This document shows positions 10,193 through 20,149 of a stretch of 64,000 nucleotides of DNA, in pieces. The position numbers and the translations under genes were made by a program. Source of the DNA: a virus. The notes under the pieces were generated by a model that worked only from the letters and a program-made list of their open reading frames with translations, was not told the origin of the DNA and ran no database searches. Positions within the stretch are counted from its first letter, which is position 1; every line of letters starts with the position of its first letter. Where the stretch lies: IMG/VR virus record IMGVR_UViG_3300034374_005666, positions 39,256-103,255 of that record, one strand, 5' to 3'.

Positions 10193-11234
10193 ATCCTGTT
10201 GTTAATTCTGTAATTACTGAATACATAATGTCATGTGCTTTTCTGAATTTCTGTTGCCATTGATCCAGATAGTAGCTTAGTTTAGATAGTACATCCAGTT
10301 GATGCCCATCAGTCTCAAAAAACTCATCATAGAAATAATCAAAGCCTTCTACCATAGCCTGAATGAACTTATCTTTTTCTTGAGTAGACTTATTAATTTC
10401 TTCAAGTGCTTTATAAATAGTACCATCATAATCTAAATCACCCTTAAGATATTTGGCAATAAAGATAGCTTCATTAGAAGTATTGTAAGGGCGTAAGTCA
10501 GATGCTACGTTATCCCAAGTCCATGCTGAACTAACAAACTCTTTTGGACTATTAAAACCAACGACCTTCTTAGGCTTAGCATCTTCTATAATCTTATCTG
10601 TTCTATCTTTAAACCATTTCTCTACTTCAGGTTCATAAGTATAAATATCACAATCATAATGTTCCAGTACAGTCTCTTTGATAGTTTGTGTAAAAGGCAA
10701 TCTTAATTTACCTTTCATACCCATTAAATTTCTACTACCATGAATTTTATACTCTTGCTCTACATGTATACCTACTTTAGCTACTATATCAGTAGCATTG
10801 TTAACTACCATGCTTAAATAAAATTGATGATTTTCGCAATTATCTGCAAGCTCTGACATATCAGTCTGACTGAAATAGGAATTCATACTGTGATGGCTGT
10901 GTATCATACCCTGTCGCATGTTCATACACTCTGGATGTTGCATCATAAATTGCATAACATCTTCGTTGTATTCAAAACCTGTAGCAGCTGTAGTATCTTT
11001 AGACATAGGATAAACAAACTCAGCTGTCATTTCCAGATTCTCTGATTCTATGTCTCCTTTATCTACTGTATAGAATAAAATACCAGACCATTCTACTTTA
11101 GAAATTCTTGAGCATAAATACTTGATCTGGTTCAGACATTTGTCTGATACTGTCAATGAAAAGCGTTGCTTCTTGCTGACTTGCTTTAATGCTTTCTTCT
11201 GAGATTTGCTCTCGAAGCTTTTTACTGAGTTCAT
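10179..11234 (-). CDS. JAB/MPN metalloprotease
   Basis: EWSG and HSHHSMNSYFSQTD (HxH-x7-S-x2-D). Confidence 0.85.
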   Translation of the reverse strand: MNSVKSFESKSQKKALKQVSKKQRFSLTVSDKCLNQIKYLCSRISKVEWSGILFYTVDKGDIESENLEMTAEFVYPMSKDTTAATGFEYNEDVMQFMMQHPECMNMRQGMIHSHHSMNSYFSQTDMSELADNCENHQFYLSMVVNNATDIVAKVGIHVEQEYKIHGSRNLMGMKGKLRLPFTQTIKETVLEHYDCDIYTYEPEVEKWFKDRTDKIIEDAKPKKVVGFNSPKEFVSSAWTWDNVASDLRPYNTSNEAIFIAKYLKGDLDYDGTIYKALEEINKSTQEKDKFIQAMVEGFDYFYDEFFETDGHQLDVLSKLSYYLDQWQQKFRKAHDIMYSVITELTTGYEPR

Positions 11235-12012
11235 TACTGATTATTTTAAATATAGATGGATTAATACGTAGGCTGCCTTCCTCTGGCTTAACACTTGTTT
11301 CCTGCTGATATATTTGTCCTTGTACAGGTTTTCCTTTAAACCATAATACTACAAATGGGTCAAGTACTACTTTAGAAGTAGCATAATTAAATGCTACATA
11401 CTCTCCATTAATATAATGGCATGTAGGGGCTGAACCTTCATAGATTTCAAGTAGTAAATCATGGTTATGTTTATTATCTACCAGTTGATAATCCTTGTCA
11501 AATATAAGTTTTTGTATTTGAGGATAGTCGTATAGAGTGTCTCTAAGCTGTGGAAAATAAGAATACTCAGGAGGAGTAGTAATAGGAAAAACATTCTCTA
11601 TTCTGGTATATGGGTTACTGTCATCCTGATAAGTCAGAAAGTAACGCAAGTGCATTAGAAAAGCATACATTTCATCTTCTGTAACTCCTGAATTTACCTG
11701 AGCGTACTGCATACTAAATGCCCCATCGCCTTTACAAAAATCTTCAAACTCTATAGCATTAATTCTACGAGTAGGTAAATGTGGATGAGTAAAACTTGTA
11801 TACCATTCTATATTAGACTGAATAGTCCTAATGCCTTGAAGATTTCTCAAATAATGCTTATCCTCTTGAGTATAATAATTAAGCCGTAAGTACATACCTT
11901 TAATAAGATGTTTATCTCCTCTTTTATTATGTACATAAAAATCATCCAGTTCTATTGTATACTCACTACCATTTTCATCTACATTATCTTCTCCAAAAAA
12001 TTCTTCAATCAT
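11098..12012 (-). CDS. prokaryotic E2-like protein (putative)
   Basis: HPHLP...FCKG resembles the E2 HPH...C signature; located between Ubl and JAB genes. Confidence 0.6.
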   Translation of the reverse strand: MIEEFFGEDNVDENGSEYTIELDDFYVHNKRGDKHLIKGMYLRLNYYTQEDKHYLRNLQGIRTIQSNIEWYTSFTHPHLPTRRINAIEFEDFCKGDGAFSMQYAQVNSGVTEDEMYAFLMHLRYFLTYQDDSNPYTRIENVFPITTPPEYSYFPQLRDTLYDYPQIQKLIFDKDYQLVDNKHNHDLLLEIYEGSAPTCHYINGEYVAFNYATSKVVLDPFVVLWFKGKPVQGQIYQQETSVKPEEGSLRINPSIFKIISNELSKKLREQISEESIKASQQEATLFIDSIRQMSEPDQVFMLKNF

Positions 12013-12033
12013 GTTTTCACTTATTTAAAATAA

Positions 12034-12055
12034 GCAGAGGCTGTTACACCTCTGC
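12034..12055 (-). terminator. hairpin between Ubl and E2-like genes
   Basis: GCAGAGG/CCTCTGC stem, T-rich tail on minus strand. Confidence 0.55.
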
Positions 12056-12076
12056 CTAATATTTTATAAGAAATTC

Positions 12077-12619
12077 TTAGCAAGAAAGCTCATCATGTGC
12101 TGAACAAATCTCTTCTGCCCAAGCTTCTTCCTCTGTACGCTCATCTGTAGACATGCCAATAACTTTCTCAATAATAGTAGGATCTACTCCACATGCACGA
12201 AGTTTCTCTTCAAGAGTAGCTGGAGTTGTTTGCTCAGTATCATACTGGTCAACATAGCTTTCCAAATCTTCAGTACTAATGTTAGTGTAGTGACGCCCTG
12301 CCTGCTCATTAAAGAAGTTATTGACAGCCTCTTTTCCATCACGCTGAATAAACTCTTTAATACGAGTATACAAATCTGTACGCAAGCTGCCTGCTTTAGT
12401 TTTCTTTGGAAACAAGCCCAAGATAAAATCTCCTTCAGGTAGAGCTGAGTTGTTAAGCTCAAGGCTTGTATTGTTGACAGACTCAATAGCTTTCAGAGAG
12501 CTGTTGAACTCAATGTCATTAGCATCCAGAACTTCTTTCAACTCTCCAAATGTGGTTACATCTGTCTGGATAGGAGTAGTTGATCCATTGCGAGTGGAAA
12601 ATACTTTAATAGTACGCAT
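12077..12619 (-). CDS. ubiquitin-like (beta-grasp) protein with C-terminal extension (putative)
   Basis: ~77 aa N-domain with beta-beta-alpha-beta pattern (TFGELKEVL, LPEGDFILGL) ending KTKAG; first gene of the E2/JAB/E1 operon. Confidence 0.6.
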   Translation of the reverse strand: MRTIKVFSTRNGSTTPIQTDVTTFGELKEVLDANDIEFNSSLKAIESVNNTSLELNNSALPEGDFILGLFPKKTKAGSLRTDLYTRIKEFIQRDGKEAVNNFFNEQAGRHYTNISTEDLESYVDQYDTEQTTPATLEEKLRACGVDPTIIEKVIGMSTDERTEEEAWAEEICSAHDELSC

Positions 12620-12646
12620 TGTGTAAATAATTTAATTAATTAAATA

Positions 12647-13327
12647 TTAAAACCACTTGATAGTGGTCTGATCTATGTTATAGGTAATCTCATCTATGCT
12701 CTTAAACATCTCACTCTTAGTGAAATCTAAATGAGCAGGTACATTACCTCTTTGTTTAGCATATACAGTAGCTGCTGGATGGCAGTAATTCAGTATGTAA
12801 TTTCTAGCTGATACATGCTTGTTTAATTCTTGGGCATCTTTACCTAAGAATACAAACACTATACTGTTAAACAACCTATCTAATTCAACTATAACTGACT
12901 CTGTAAATGTATTCCATATATGCATGTGTGACCTGGCTTCTCCAAATGGAGTACAAGTCAATGACTTGTTTAATAAGAATACACCTTGGTCTAACCAATC
13001 AGATATTCTGGTACACTCTGATCTAATATCATTGTAGTCATTCCATAAACATTCTCTGATTATCTCTAAACTAGGTCTATCGTAGCCTTTAGGTACATCA
13101 AATGGTATACCTGTAGCTAATGCTCTACCATCTGCAAGCACTGTATTGTATGGAGCCAGACCTACTATAACTACACGTATAGACTTTGGACTAATAGAAA
13201 AGCCCCTAAATATATCAGAGGCTTCTGGAACAAAAGAAACTGTACTTAGCTTCTCTCGTATATTATCTATATCAGACCATATATTTAACTCATGCCAATC
13301 CTTGTTAACTATCTTTGGTAGACTCAT
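12647..13327 (-). CDS. ung: uracil-DNA glycosylase family 1-like, altered catalytic motif
   Basis: VVIVGLAPY (canonical GQDPY), QGVFLLNKSLT, FLGKDAQ, HPAA. Confidence 0.75.
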   Translation of the reverse strand: MSLPKIVNKDWHELNIWSDIDNIREKLSTVSFVPEASDIFRGFSISPKSIRVVIVGLAPYNTVLADGRALATGIPFDVPKGYDRPSLEIIRECLWNDYNDIRSECTRISDWLDQGVFLLNKSLTCTPFGEARSHMHIWNTFTESVIVELDRLFNSIVFVFLGKDAQELNKHVSARNYILNYCHPAATVYAKQRGNVPAHLDFTKSEMFKSIDEITYNIDQTTIKWF

Positions 13328-13455
13328 CTGGTTTCTTTATACGTTTGAGCTTAAGCCTTTTGAATTTAGACTCTGTATCTCGAATAATCTTGTTAGCTCC
13401 ATTATCTGGATTGCAGGTAGGACAGTTAAGAAGCTTATGTGCTCTGCACTTACCA

Positions 13456-13893
13456 CTAATTTTGAATTTCATACCCTTTGATTAGTTTTTTGTCTAAAGT
13501 ATATTCTACCTTAATGTACTCTTTTACCTTACTGTCAAACATTACGTAGCAAGAACAGTCTTTAGTATAAAAAATATTTCTTTCTCCAGGCTCTGTTATA
13601 ATACGTCCTACAAACCAAAAAAGCTTATCTTTTAAATAACTTCTTCTTACTTCTTCTACAGTAGTAGCTATATGACAAAAAGATCCACTACCAAAATCAA
13701 GTTTATACAGTCTGTCTTTACGTAAGTCTCCTTTAAAATATTCAGGCTTTACTCTGTAAATATAGTGATCCAGCCATAGTTTATTGTTGTCTTTTATAGT
13801 ATACCATCTGTCATTTTCAAAGTATTGAACTTCAGCTCCATTAGCCCAAGCTTCAATTACATCTTTGTATTTATTATAAGTTTCTCTTGTCAT
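13456..13893 (-). CDS. phage hypothetical protein
   Basis: IEAWANGAEVQY...YRVKP pattern. Confidence 0.55.
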   Translation of the reverse strand: MTRETYNKYKDVIEAWANGAEVQYFENDRWYTIKDNNKLWLDHYIYRVKPEYFKGDLRKDRLYKLDFGSGSFCHIATTVEEVRRSYLKDKLFWFVGRIITEPGERNIFYTKDCSCYVMFDSKVKEYIKVEYTLDKKLIKGYEIQN

Positions 13894-14894
13894 TTTACTC
13901 CCATGTTTTGTAATTCATTAACCATATGACTGTAGCTATAATTTTTAACTACATCTGCTGAATCTTTGATGCTTTTATCATCATACCATATAGGTATGTA
14001 TCCATTGTCAAAACCATTAGCATATTCAGCCAGATTGTTACTGGCTTTAATACCTGCTTCATCATTGTCAAATAAGATGAACTTTGTTCTGTATTGTTGG
14101 AGTTGTATCAGTCTGTCAAAAGGTATTCTGCAACCTTCATTCTGTAACCATATAGTATTATATCCAGCATTCTTGAGTACTCTCCAATCTTTGTAGCTTT
14201 TAGTAATAAGCAATTGGTCATCCGAACCAAGGTCATCTATACCACCAATATCTTCTTCTGTACAGGTAGACAGCCATTTTAGTTTATGGTAAGGGTTATA
14301 AACTTTGACATGATTGTTTACATGTATAGCATAGCTTGGGCTAGTCTGTAAACTGCTAAGGACATCTGGATTGTTCTTTGTATTATAGAGTATGCTTTTA
14401 CAACTGGCTACTCTGTCTTCACGTAGATTTTGCTCAGATATACCATATGGTGACCAAAAGAGTTTGTCTTCTTTAATATATGCTATTCTATTCCCTACAG
14501 TCCAAGGTATATAATCCAGATAGAAGTTAAACTTTGGCTTTTTACTTTGTTCAATACGAACATTAGGTAACTCGCCTTTATGAAAGTTATCTAGTATATA
14601 TAAACAAGCATCATAGAACTCTATAGACTCTCTGTACATGATTGCATCAAATATAGACATACCATGAAAGAATCTATCTCCAAAGTCATAAAGAACAACT
14701 AAGTTGTCATTCGACCACTTGAAATCACACCATACATTAGGATGAGAATCAGTCCGAAGTGGATTACAAAAGCGTTGTCCACTACTAACCCTAAAACCAA
14801 GAAACCAACTCCATAAATCAAACTGGTCTGTATACTGAATAATCTGCTTATAATCAACATGCCTGCGTTTCTTATCAAATATTTTACCATACAT
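13890..14894 (-). CDS. DNA primase (TOPRIM)
   Basis: NPLRTDSHP, ITKSYKD, LFDNDEAG, KDSAD. Confidence 0.85.
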   Translation of the reverse strand: MYGKIFDKKRRHVDYKQIIQYTDQFDLWSWFLGFRVSSGQRFCNPLRTDSHPNVWCDFKWSNDNLVVLYDFGDRFFHGMSIFDAIMYRESIEFYDACLYILDNFHKGELPNVRIEQSKKPKFNFYLDYIPWTVGNRIAYIKEDKLFWSPYGISEQNLREDRVASCKSILYNTKNNPDVLSSLQTSPSYAIHVNNHVKVYNPYHKLKWLSTCTEEDIGGIDDLGSDDQLLITKSYKDWRVLKNAGYNTIWLQNEGCRIPFDRLIQLQQYRTKFILFDNDEAGIKASNNLAEYANGFDNGYIPIWYDDKSIKDSADVVKNYSYSHMVNELQNMGVK

Positions 14895-14913
14895 AGATTT
14901 AGAGTCTGAATAT

Positions 14914-14950
14914 AAAAAAAAGGGAGCTACTAATATAGTAACTCCCTTTA
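14914..14950 (-). terminator. Rho-independent terminator
   Basis: AAAGGGAG/CTCCCTTT stem plus poly-T on minus strand. Confidence 0.65.
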
Positions 14951-14969
14951 AATAAACAATAGCTCTAAT

Positions 14970-15560
14970 CTACCATTCTACAGGCTTAGTAGGTTTTTCT
15001 GTTGCTTCTGAATTAACCTTGTGTACTTTAACTTTATCAGAAACTGTCAAGTCTTTCTGTCCATTAATGGAGAAGAAGTGTCCTGTAATCCACATATAGC
15101 GTGGCATTTCAAGATAACCTCCATTATTGTAGCCAAGAATAACTTGTCCAGGCTTGCTGTCAAAGTCTTCAGGAAGCTTGTCTGTCAAAGCATTAATGTA
15201 TGCCTCAAAGCTATCTGCTGTAACAGACTCAAACTCTTCCTCTGACATAAAGTTAGTAAAGATGTGCTTTACTCTGCTGTTAAATTCACCATAGGTACGC
15301 TCTGTAGCTTCCTGTATAGACTCTTCACGAGTTTCTCCTGTATTACGATCACGCAAGCTACGTGGACGAATACTGTTAGGATTGACAGGAAACATACGAT
15401 CTCTATACTCTTGACCATTCTTTACAATAACCAAGTCAAGAACTTGACCTGTGTAGTTTGGAGAGTCTACATTTACCAAGCCAAGTGTTTTGACATTATC
15501 AAAATCATTGATACCTGGTTTCCATACTGGTGTGTTGTCTGTGAATACTTTTCCGTACAT
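14970..15560 (-). CDS. putative ssDNA-binding/replication protein
   Basis: Position between ATPase and primase; C-terminal aromatic tail. Confidence 0.45.
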   Translation of the reverse strand: MYGKVFTDNTPVWKPGINDFDNVKTLGLVNVDSPNYTGQVLDLVIVKNGQEYRDRMFPVNPNSIRPRSLRDRNTGETREESIQEATERTYGEFNSRVKHIFTNFMSEEEFESVTADSFEAYINALTDKLPEDFDSKPGQVILGYNNGGYLEMPRYMWITGHFFSINGQKDLTVSDKVKVHKVNSEATEKPTKPVEW

Positions 15561-16039
15561 TATGCAAATACATTTTGTTCGTTAATAATTTCTTCTGCTG
15601 CGTCATATGCCTGAGCTTCATAGCGTTCTGCTTCAAGAGCATTGACAAGCTCATAGACATTTTCTTGATACTCAGTAAAGAATAAATCCTGCTCTCCATT
15701 GAGCCATGACAGACTATTGTGAATCCATGTAGCTACTGGCTTGGAAGCAGCCTTACGTACTCTACCTAGTTCTGTAGTCTGATCTGTTTTACCAATAGAC
15801 AGTGCGCGTGGCTTAGTGCCTTCTGGTAGTTCAGGTACTACTGTAGCAAACAGCCTGTCATCCTCAATAGCAAATACCAGATAGTTCTCTGGAGTAAGCT
15901 GTAGAATGTCAATAAGTGCTTGATTAAATTCAAAGGTTGCTCTTGAACCTTGTACTTCAGGTACACGTAGTGCAGGCTGAGTGTACTTTTCCCGAACTGA
16001 GCTAGTTCGTCCTTTCTCTGGAAAGAAATTCAAATCCAT
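15560..16039 (-). CDS. hypothetical protein
   Basis: ORF with TAATG coupling to next gene. Confidence 0.55.
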   Translation of the reverse strand: MDLNFFPEKGRTSSVREKYTQPALRVPEVQGSRATFEFNQALIDILQLTPENYLVFAIEDDRLFATVVPELPEGTKPRALSIGKTDQTTELGRVRKAASKPVATWIHNSLSWLNGEQDLFFTEYQENVYELVNALEAERYEAQAYDAAEEIINEQNVFA

Positions 16040-16088
16040 AGTTTAAATATATATTTAGTTGATTAAAAACCGTGGGTTACAAAGATAG

Positions 16089-16787
16089 TTAATACTCGTC
16101 TAACTTCTTCAAAATAAAGCTGAAATCATTAGGAATAAGCTCGTCTTCAAATAAGCCTTCCATAGTACGACAAGTATCAGAACCTGAGTTCTTTGTTCTA
16201 AAATAATACTTGGTTTCTGTTTTATCTTTTACCACATGAGTATAAAGAGTATTCTCGAATAAGCCTTCTACTGATAGATTACGTGCTAAGTTACCGAGTA
16301 TCTTCAGACGATATCTTACTTCACCATTAGGAGCTTTATACTCTTCTGTATGACCGATAACAAAAGCTACTGGATTTTCACTAAAAGCTGCTCTACCTTT
16401 AGACTGAATGTCGTTTAGTATTTGCTGATAACTTGAAGGGATCATTTGGTGTGCAGTTGGCTTAGTCTTAGTACCAAATATTTGTTTACCTCCACGCCAA
16501 GTAGGATTTTTTGCATCTGAGTTATACCACATACATTCTCCTTCTTTTAGAGTAGAAATACCAAAACTTTTACCAGAACCAAAATCACCAAGAACTGCTA
16601 TCTCAGTAAATCCAAGTTTCTGTAAGCTTTTAATAAAATTATACAACTCTACCCCGTAGTTACGCCATTTGTCGAAATTAGGTTTAGAGCTTTCTGCACT
16701 GTATTGTGCGTCTTGAATACCGTTTAGAGTATCCACTACAATTGCTTTGTAAGGCATGTTAAAGTTCAATTTCTTTAAATTCATCAA
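16089..16787 (-). CDS. AAA_24/Sak4-like P-loop ATPase with rearranged motif order
   Basis: GDFGSGKS, IVVDT, VIGH, EGLF, IPND. Confidence 0.75.
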   Translation of the reverse strand: MMNLKKLNFNMPYKAIVVDTLNGIQDAQYSAESSKPNFDKWRNYGVELYNFIKSLQKLGFTEIAVLGDFGSGKSFGISTLKEGECMWYNSDAKNPTWRGGKQIFGTKTKPTAHQMIPSSYQQILNDIQSKGRAAFSENPVAFVIGHTEEYKAPNGEVRYRLKILGNLARNLSVEGLFENTLYTHVVKDKTETKYYFRTKNSGSDTCRTMEGLFEDELIPNDFSFILKKLDEY

Positions 16788-17811
16788 TTACGAAGTTGCA
16801 AGCTAAAGGTATCTCTCTATCCTCTACTGCACCTTCGCGTGTTTTAAGTACGCTCAGTGATCTGAAACTAAAGCCTAATTCATCAAGAATTAAACCTCCA
16901 TATTCTTTCTCACCTACACGTTTTGGATCAAATAAGCCAAATGCTAAAGTAGCATCTTCTTGCGTTAGTTTACACTTAGCAAGAGTGGCTAAACTAGGCT
17001 TCATCTTTTCAAGTATCGTACTGCCTTTATAAGTAGTCTCTACTTTTTCTTTGTCTGAAACTTGTTGCTGCACAAGTACATTAATAGTACCACACTTAAG
17101 ACCAAGGCGTGATCTCATATATACATTGCTAAACATTTTAAGTGTCTCATATTGAGACATACTTTGTCCCTGTATATGTTCACCTGGATATTTGTCTATA
17201 GTGTCACTAATACATATAACCAGTCGTGTAGGATCATCAGGTATATATGTAGACCACATTTCTCCTCTATCTACTTCTTTACCTTCGTGCACAAACTTGC
17301 CTACTGTAGCTAGATAATCTCTGCAATGTTTATAGAAACCTGTAGCTGATGGTATTTGTACTACTTCTAAATCACTGTATTTAGACTCAGCTATTTCTAC
17401 ACATTCTGACACTCTCTTCATTGTTAAGTCATCAAGAGACTTTTCTCTGTAATTATTGAGAGTGTAATAGTCCAAACTTGTATTGTACTTTCTATAGTAT
17501 ATCTCTGCAATAAGTGTACTTGCTACTTTCTCTGCTGGTTCTTCTAAACTATTTAGTATAATCTTTACAGGCATATTATGCTCATTAGCGTATTTAAGTA
17601 CATCTTTTACAAATACTTTTCTTGTAAATCTGGACTTACCTACACCTGAACTGGCAGTAACTAATACTTGTTCACCTCTAACTATACCTGGTATGTACTG
17701 AGATAGTTTATTACTAAATGTCCAAGGTATAATAACTGGTTTACCTGAGTCTATAGACTGCTTATTAGCCAGTGACTGCTGATAAAAAGATTTGTATATA
17801 CTCATAACCAT
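16759..17811 (-). CDS. DnaB-like replicative helicase
   Basis: TASSGVGKS, NSLEE, VLVQQQ, QEDA..AFGLF, VLKTREG. Confidence 0.8.
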   Translation of the reverse strand: MVMSIYKSFYQQSLANKQSIDSGKPVIIPWTFSNKLSQYIPGIVRGEQVLVTASSGVGKSRFTRKVFVKDVLKYANEHNMPVKIILNSLEEPAEKVASTLIAEIYYRKYNTSLDYYTLNNYREKSLDDLTMKRVSECVEIAESKYSDLEVVQIPSATGFYKHCRDYLATVGKFVHEGKEVDRGEMWSTYIPDDPTRLVICISDTIDKYPGEHIQGQSMSQYETLKMFSNVYMRSRLGLKCGTINVLVQQQVSDKEKVETTYKGSTILEKMKPSLATLAKCKLTQEDATLAFGLFDPKRVGEKEYGGLILDELGFSFRSLSVLKTREGAVEDREIPLACNFVIDEFKEIEL

Positions 17812-18266
17812 TTTACACTAGAACGTTCACTACTGTCCTCTACAATAGCTGCTAAATGTGATTTATCATTCTTATCCAGAATGAAATTATCACACTTTAA
17901 AAGGTATTGTTTGTCTGTTGAATCTACGTATTCTTTTGCTGCTAGACAACACTGCTCAAATGTAATGTTATACCTTTTCATAACAGCTCTAAGTAACTTT
18001 TCTACTACATCTTTAGTTGAAGCATACCCAGTTCTACCTGAATAAGCTTTCATCCAATACTTTCTAAACTTATCTATATCTATAATATCTCCTTCAGGCA
18101 CATATCTCAATCTGCACTGTTTATCATAGTCAAGAACTAATAATCCTTCTCCATACAATTCAGAACTTACTCTTTGAATAAGTTCATGTTTATCTGGATG
18201 TGCCCATGTCTTGTAATCCAAATCGTATTCAACCAATGCAATAACAAATTTCTGTTCATCATTCAT
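17802..18266 (-). CDS. hypothetical replication-associated protein
   Basis: ORF coupled to DnaB-like gene. Confidence 0.5.
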   Translation of the reverse strand: MNDEQKFVIALVEYDLDYKTWAHPDKHELIQRVSSELYGEGLLVLDYDKQCRLRYVPEGDIIDIDKFRKYWMKAYSGRTGYASTKDVVEKLLRAVMKRYNITFEQCCLAAKEYVDSTDKQYLLKCDNFILDKNDKSHLAAIVEDSSERSSVKWL

Positions 18267-18304
18267 AGTTTATTCAATTTCAATGATTGCTGCACCAATG
18301 TACA

Positions 18305-18520
18305 TTATTCTTTGTTTTTGTAATAGTGATTAAGCACCCTTCTGGATGATTTGATTTTCTTTTGTTTCTTTTCTTCTCTGAGCTGTTCTATCCATTGTTT
18401 TGCTCTTTTCAGTGCAAACTCTGGAAAATAGAATGGAGTAGCTGTTTTATGGATAATTTCTCCATCATTCTCAACTACTCCATAGTACATGTCATTCTTC
18501 TTTTCTGTCTTTGCTTCCAT
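18305..18520 (-). CDS. hypothetical protein
   Basis: ORF in operon. Confidence 0.45.
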   Translation of the reverse strand: MEAKTEKKNDMYYGVVENDGEIIHKTATPFYFPEFALKRAKQWIEQLREEKKQKKIKSSRRVLNHYYKNKE

Positions 18521-18615
18521 ATGTAAACAATGCTTGTATAAATGATATAATGAAAAATATTGGTATTAGTGCAGGTAAGATAAACAATAGACACCCTCTT
18601 TCAGATTTCATAATT

Positions 18616-19905
18616 CTAATTTTGAGACAGCAATACTCTGCTATCGTAATGTCCAACAATATTCAAGTCATGCTCTTGGATTAATTCTCCACGCATGCCT
18701 TTTTCTTTCTTTAACTTATCAAACCATTTTTCTTCAAGAGTACCTTGGGTGACTATAAAGTACAGATTAGCTACACCTTCAACCCATCTGATTCTAGCTC
18801 TACGTTGTTCCATATTATGCCACTTAGAGCTATAGCTGAAGAAGATAATATTCTGCACTCCTTCCAATGTAATACCTTGTTTAAGCATTTTACTGGAAGC
18901 AATAACAGGTTCTTCTCCACTATTGAATTTTTCAATCAACTCTAGCGCATTATCTGATCTGACTACAGGGCATATATTCTCTAGTATATCAAGACGTTCA
19001 CCAAATATGAGTGTCTTACCAGATAGTGTACTCAGTAAAGCTTTTGTTGTAGCTACTTTGGACTTCAGATTGTACAGAAAGGTAGTTAATTCTCTACCAA
19101 TAGCCATCTTAAGATACTTTGGTTTACGAAAATCCTTTCTGAAGTTATCTTTCTTTAGATAATACTCTTGCTCTGTACCTAATGTATCATAGCTCTTCCA
19201 TATCTTGATTGATCTGTCTTGAGTATCCAGATGGTGATTGATTATCCAAGTTTGATACTTAGCAATCATACCTTCTTCAATAGCCTGTTTAGTCTCTACT
19301 TTGTATACTACAGGAATATACATAGATAGCAATTGCCCCTTACTAATAAACTCTGTAATCTCTCCTCTTTTAGTTTCTGCATCTGTCTGATAAATTGTAA
19401 GAAGGTCAGCATTATCCTGTATGTCTTGAGGATATACGTGCTGGTCTAAAGACATAGCTCCAGTCAATGCAACAACATGCTTACACTTGTTGTTTATTAT
19501 ATTCTCACTATACTTAGCTGACAAGCCATCTTGAATTTCATCTGCTACCAGTAAACCTATGTTTTCAAAGTTATTAAACTCTTCCACAGGCATAGCTTGA
19601 TAGCATCTGAACTGAATGTTAAAATCAGCTACAGGGTCTTTATCAAACAGGCTTTTAAACTTAGGTATTTCATCTTCAAACAATGTCTTTTCACGTACTA
19701 TAGTCTCTGCCAGAAATACAATAGTATCTCCTTTATTGATCTTTCCATCTTCCAGCAATCTATATGCAGCCTTCAGGGAAGCTATAGTTTTACCAGCACC
19801 AGGAAACAGCATCCATGTACCTACATAGTTATTTTGTACCCAAGCTTCTACAGCTTGGTCTTGATGGTAATTCAGTCTTTCTATATTTCTTTTCATAGTC
19901 TGCAT
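18616..19905 (-). CDS. superfamily 2 helicase
   Basis: GAGKT, VADEIQD, LTGA, MLKQGITL, QRRARIR. Confidence 0.85.
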   Translation of the reverse strand: MQTMKRNIERLNYHQDQAVEAWVQNNYVGTWMLFPGAGKTIASLKAAYRLLEDGKINKGDTIVFLAETIVREKTLFEDEIPKFKSLFDKDPVADFNIQFRCYQAMPVEEFNNFENIGLLVADEIQDGLSAKYSENIINNKCKHVVALTGAMSLDQHVYPQDIQDNADLLTIYQTDAETKRGEITEFISKGQLLSMYIPVVYKVETKQAIEEGMIAKYQTWIINHHLDTQDRSIKIWKSYDTLGTEQEYYLKKDNFRKDFRKPKYLKMAIGRELTTFLYNLKSKVATTKALLSTLSGKTLIFGERLDILENICPVVRSDNALELIEKFNSGEEPVIASSKMLKQGITLEGVQNIIFFSYSSKWHNMEQRRARIRWVEGVANLYFIVTQGTLEEKWFDKLKKEKGMRGELIQEHDLNIVGHYDSRVLLSQN

Positions 19906-20030
19906 ATTATTCTGTTGCTTAAAGTTAAATCAATTGCTCTATCTGGAATAGAGTATGCTGTTCTATTGTAATACTTGTATTCATATCTAAATAAAGGATA
20001 AAAGAAACAGTAATATTTTAGATATAACAT
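19893..20030 (-). CDS. RIIC-family mini-protein, 45 aa
   Basis: MLYLKYYCFFYPLFRYEYKYYNRTAYSIPDRAIDLTLSNRIICRL. Confidence 0.75.
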   Translation of the reverse strand: MLYLKYYCFFYPLFRYEYKYYNRTAYSIPDRAIDLTLSNRIICRL

Positions 20031-20149
20031 AGTATTCTGTTTGAAATTCTTCTGGCTCGAAAGCCAGCTCTTGTCCACCCAGCAGCATTAAAATGAAATA
20101 AATCTATATAGCTTGCTTTTTTGTAAAGTTTAGTCTTTATAAGTAGCAT
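20018..20149 (-). CDS. RIIC-family mini-protein, 43 aa
   Basis: MLLIKTKLYKKASYIDLFHFNAAGWTRAGFRARRISNRILCYI. Confidence 0.75.
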   Translation of the reverse strand: MLLIKTKLYKKASYIDLFHFNAAGWTRAGFRARRISNRILCYI

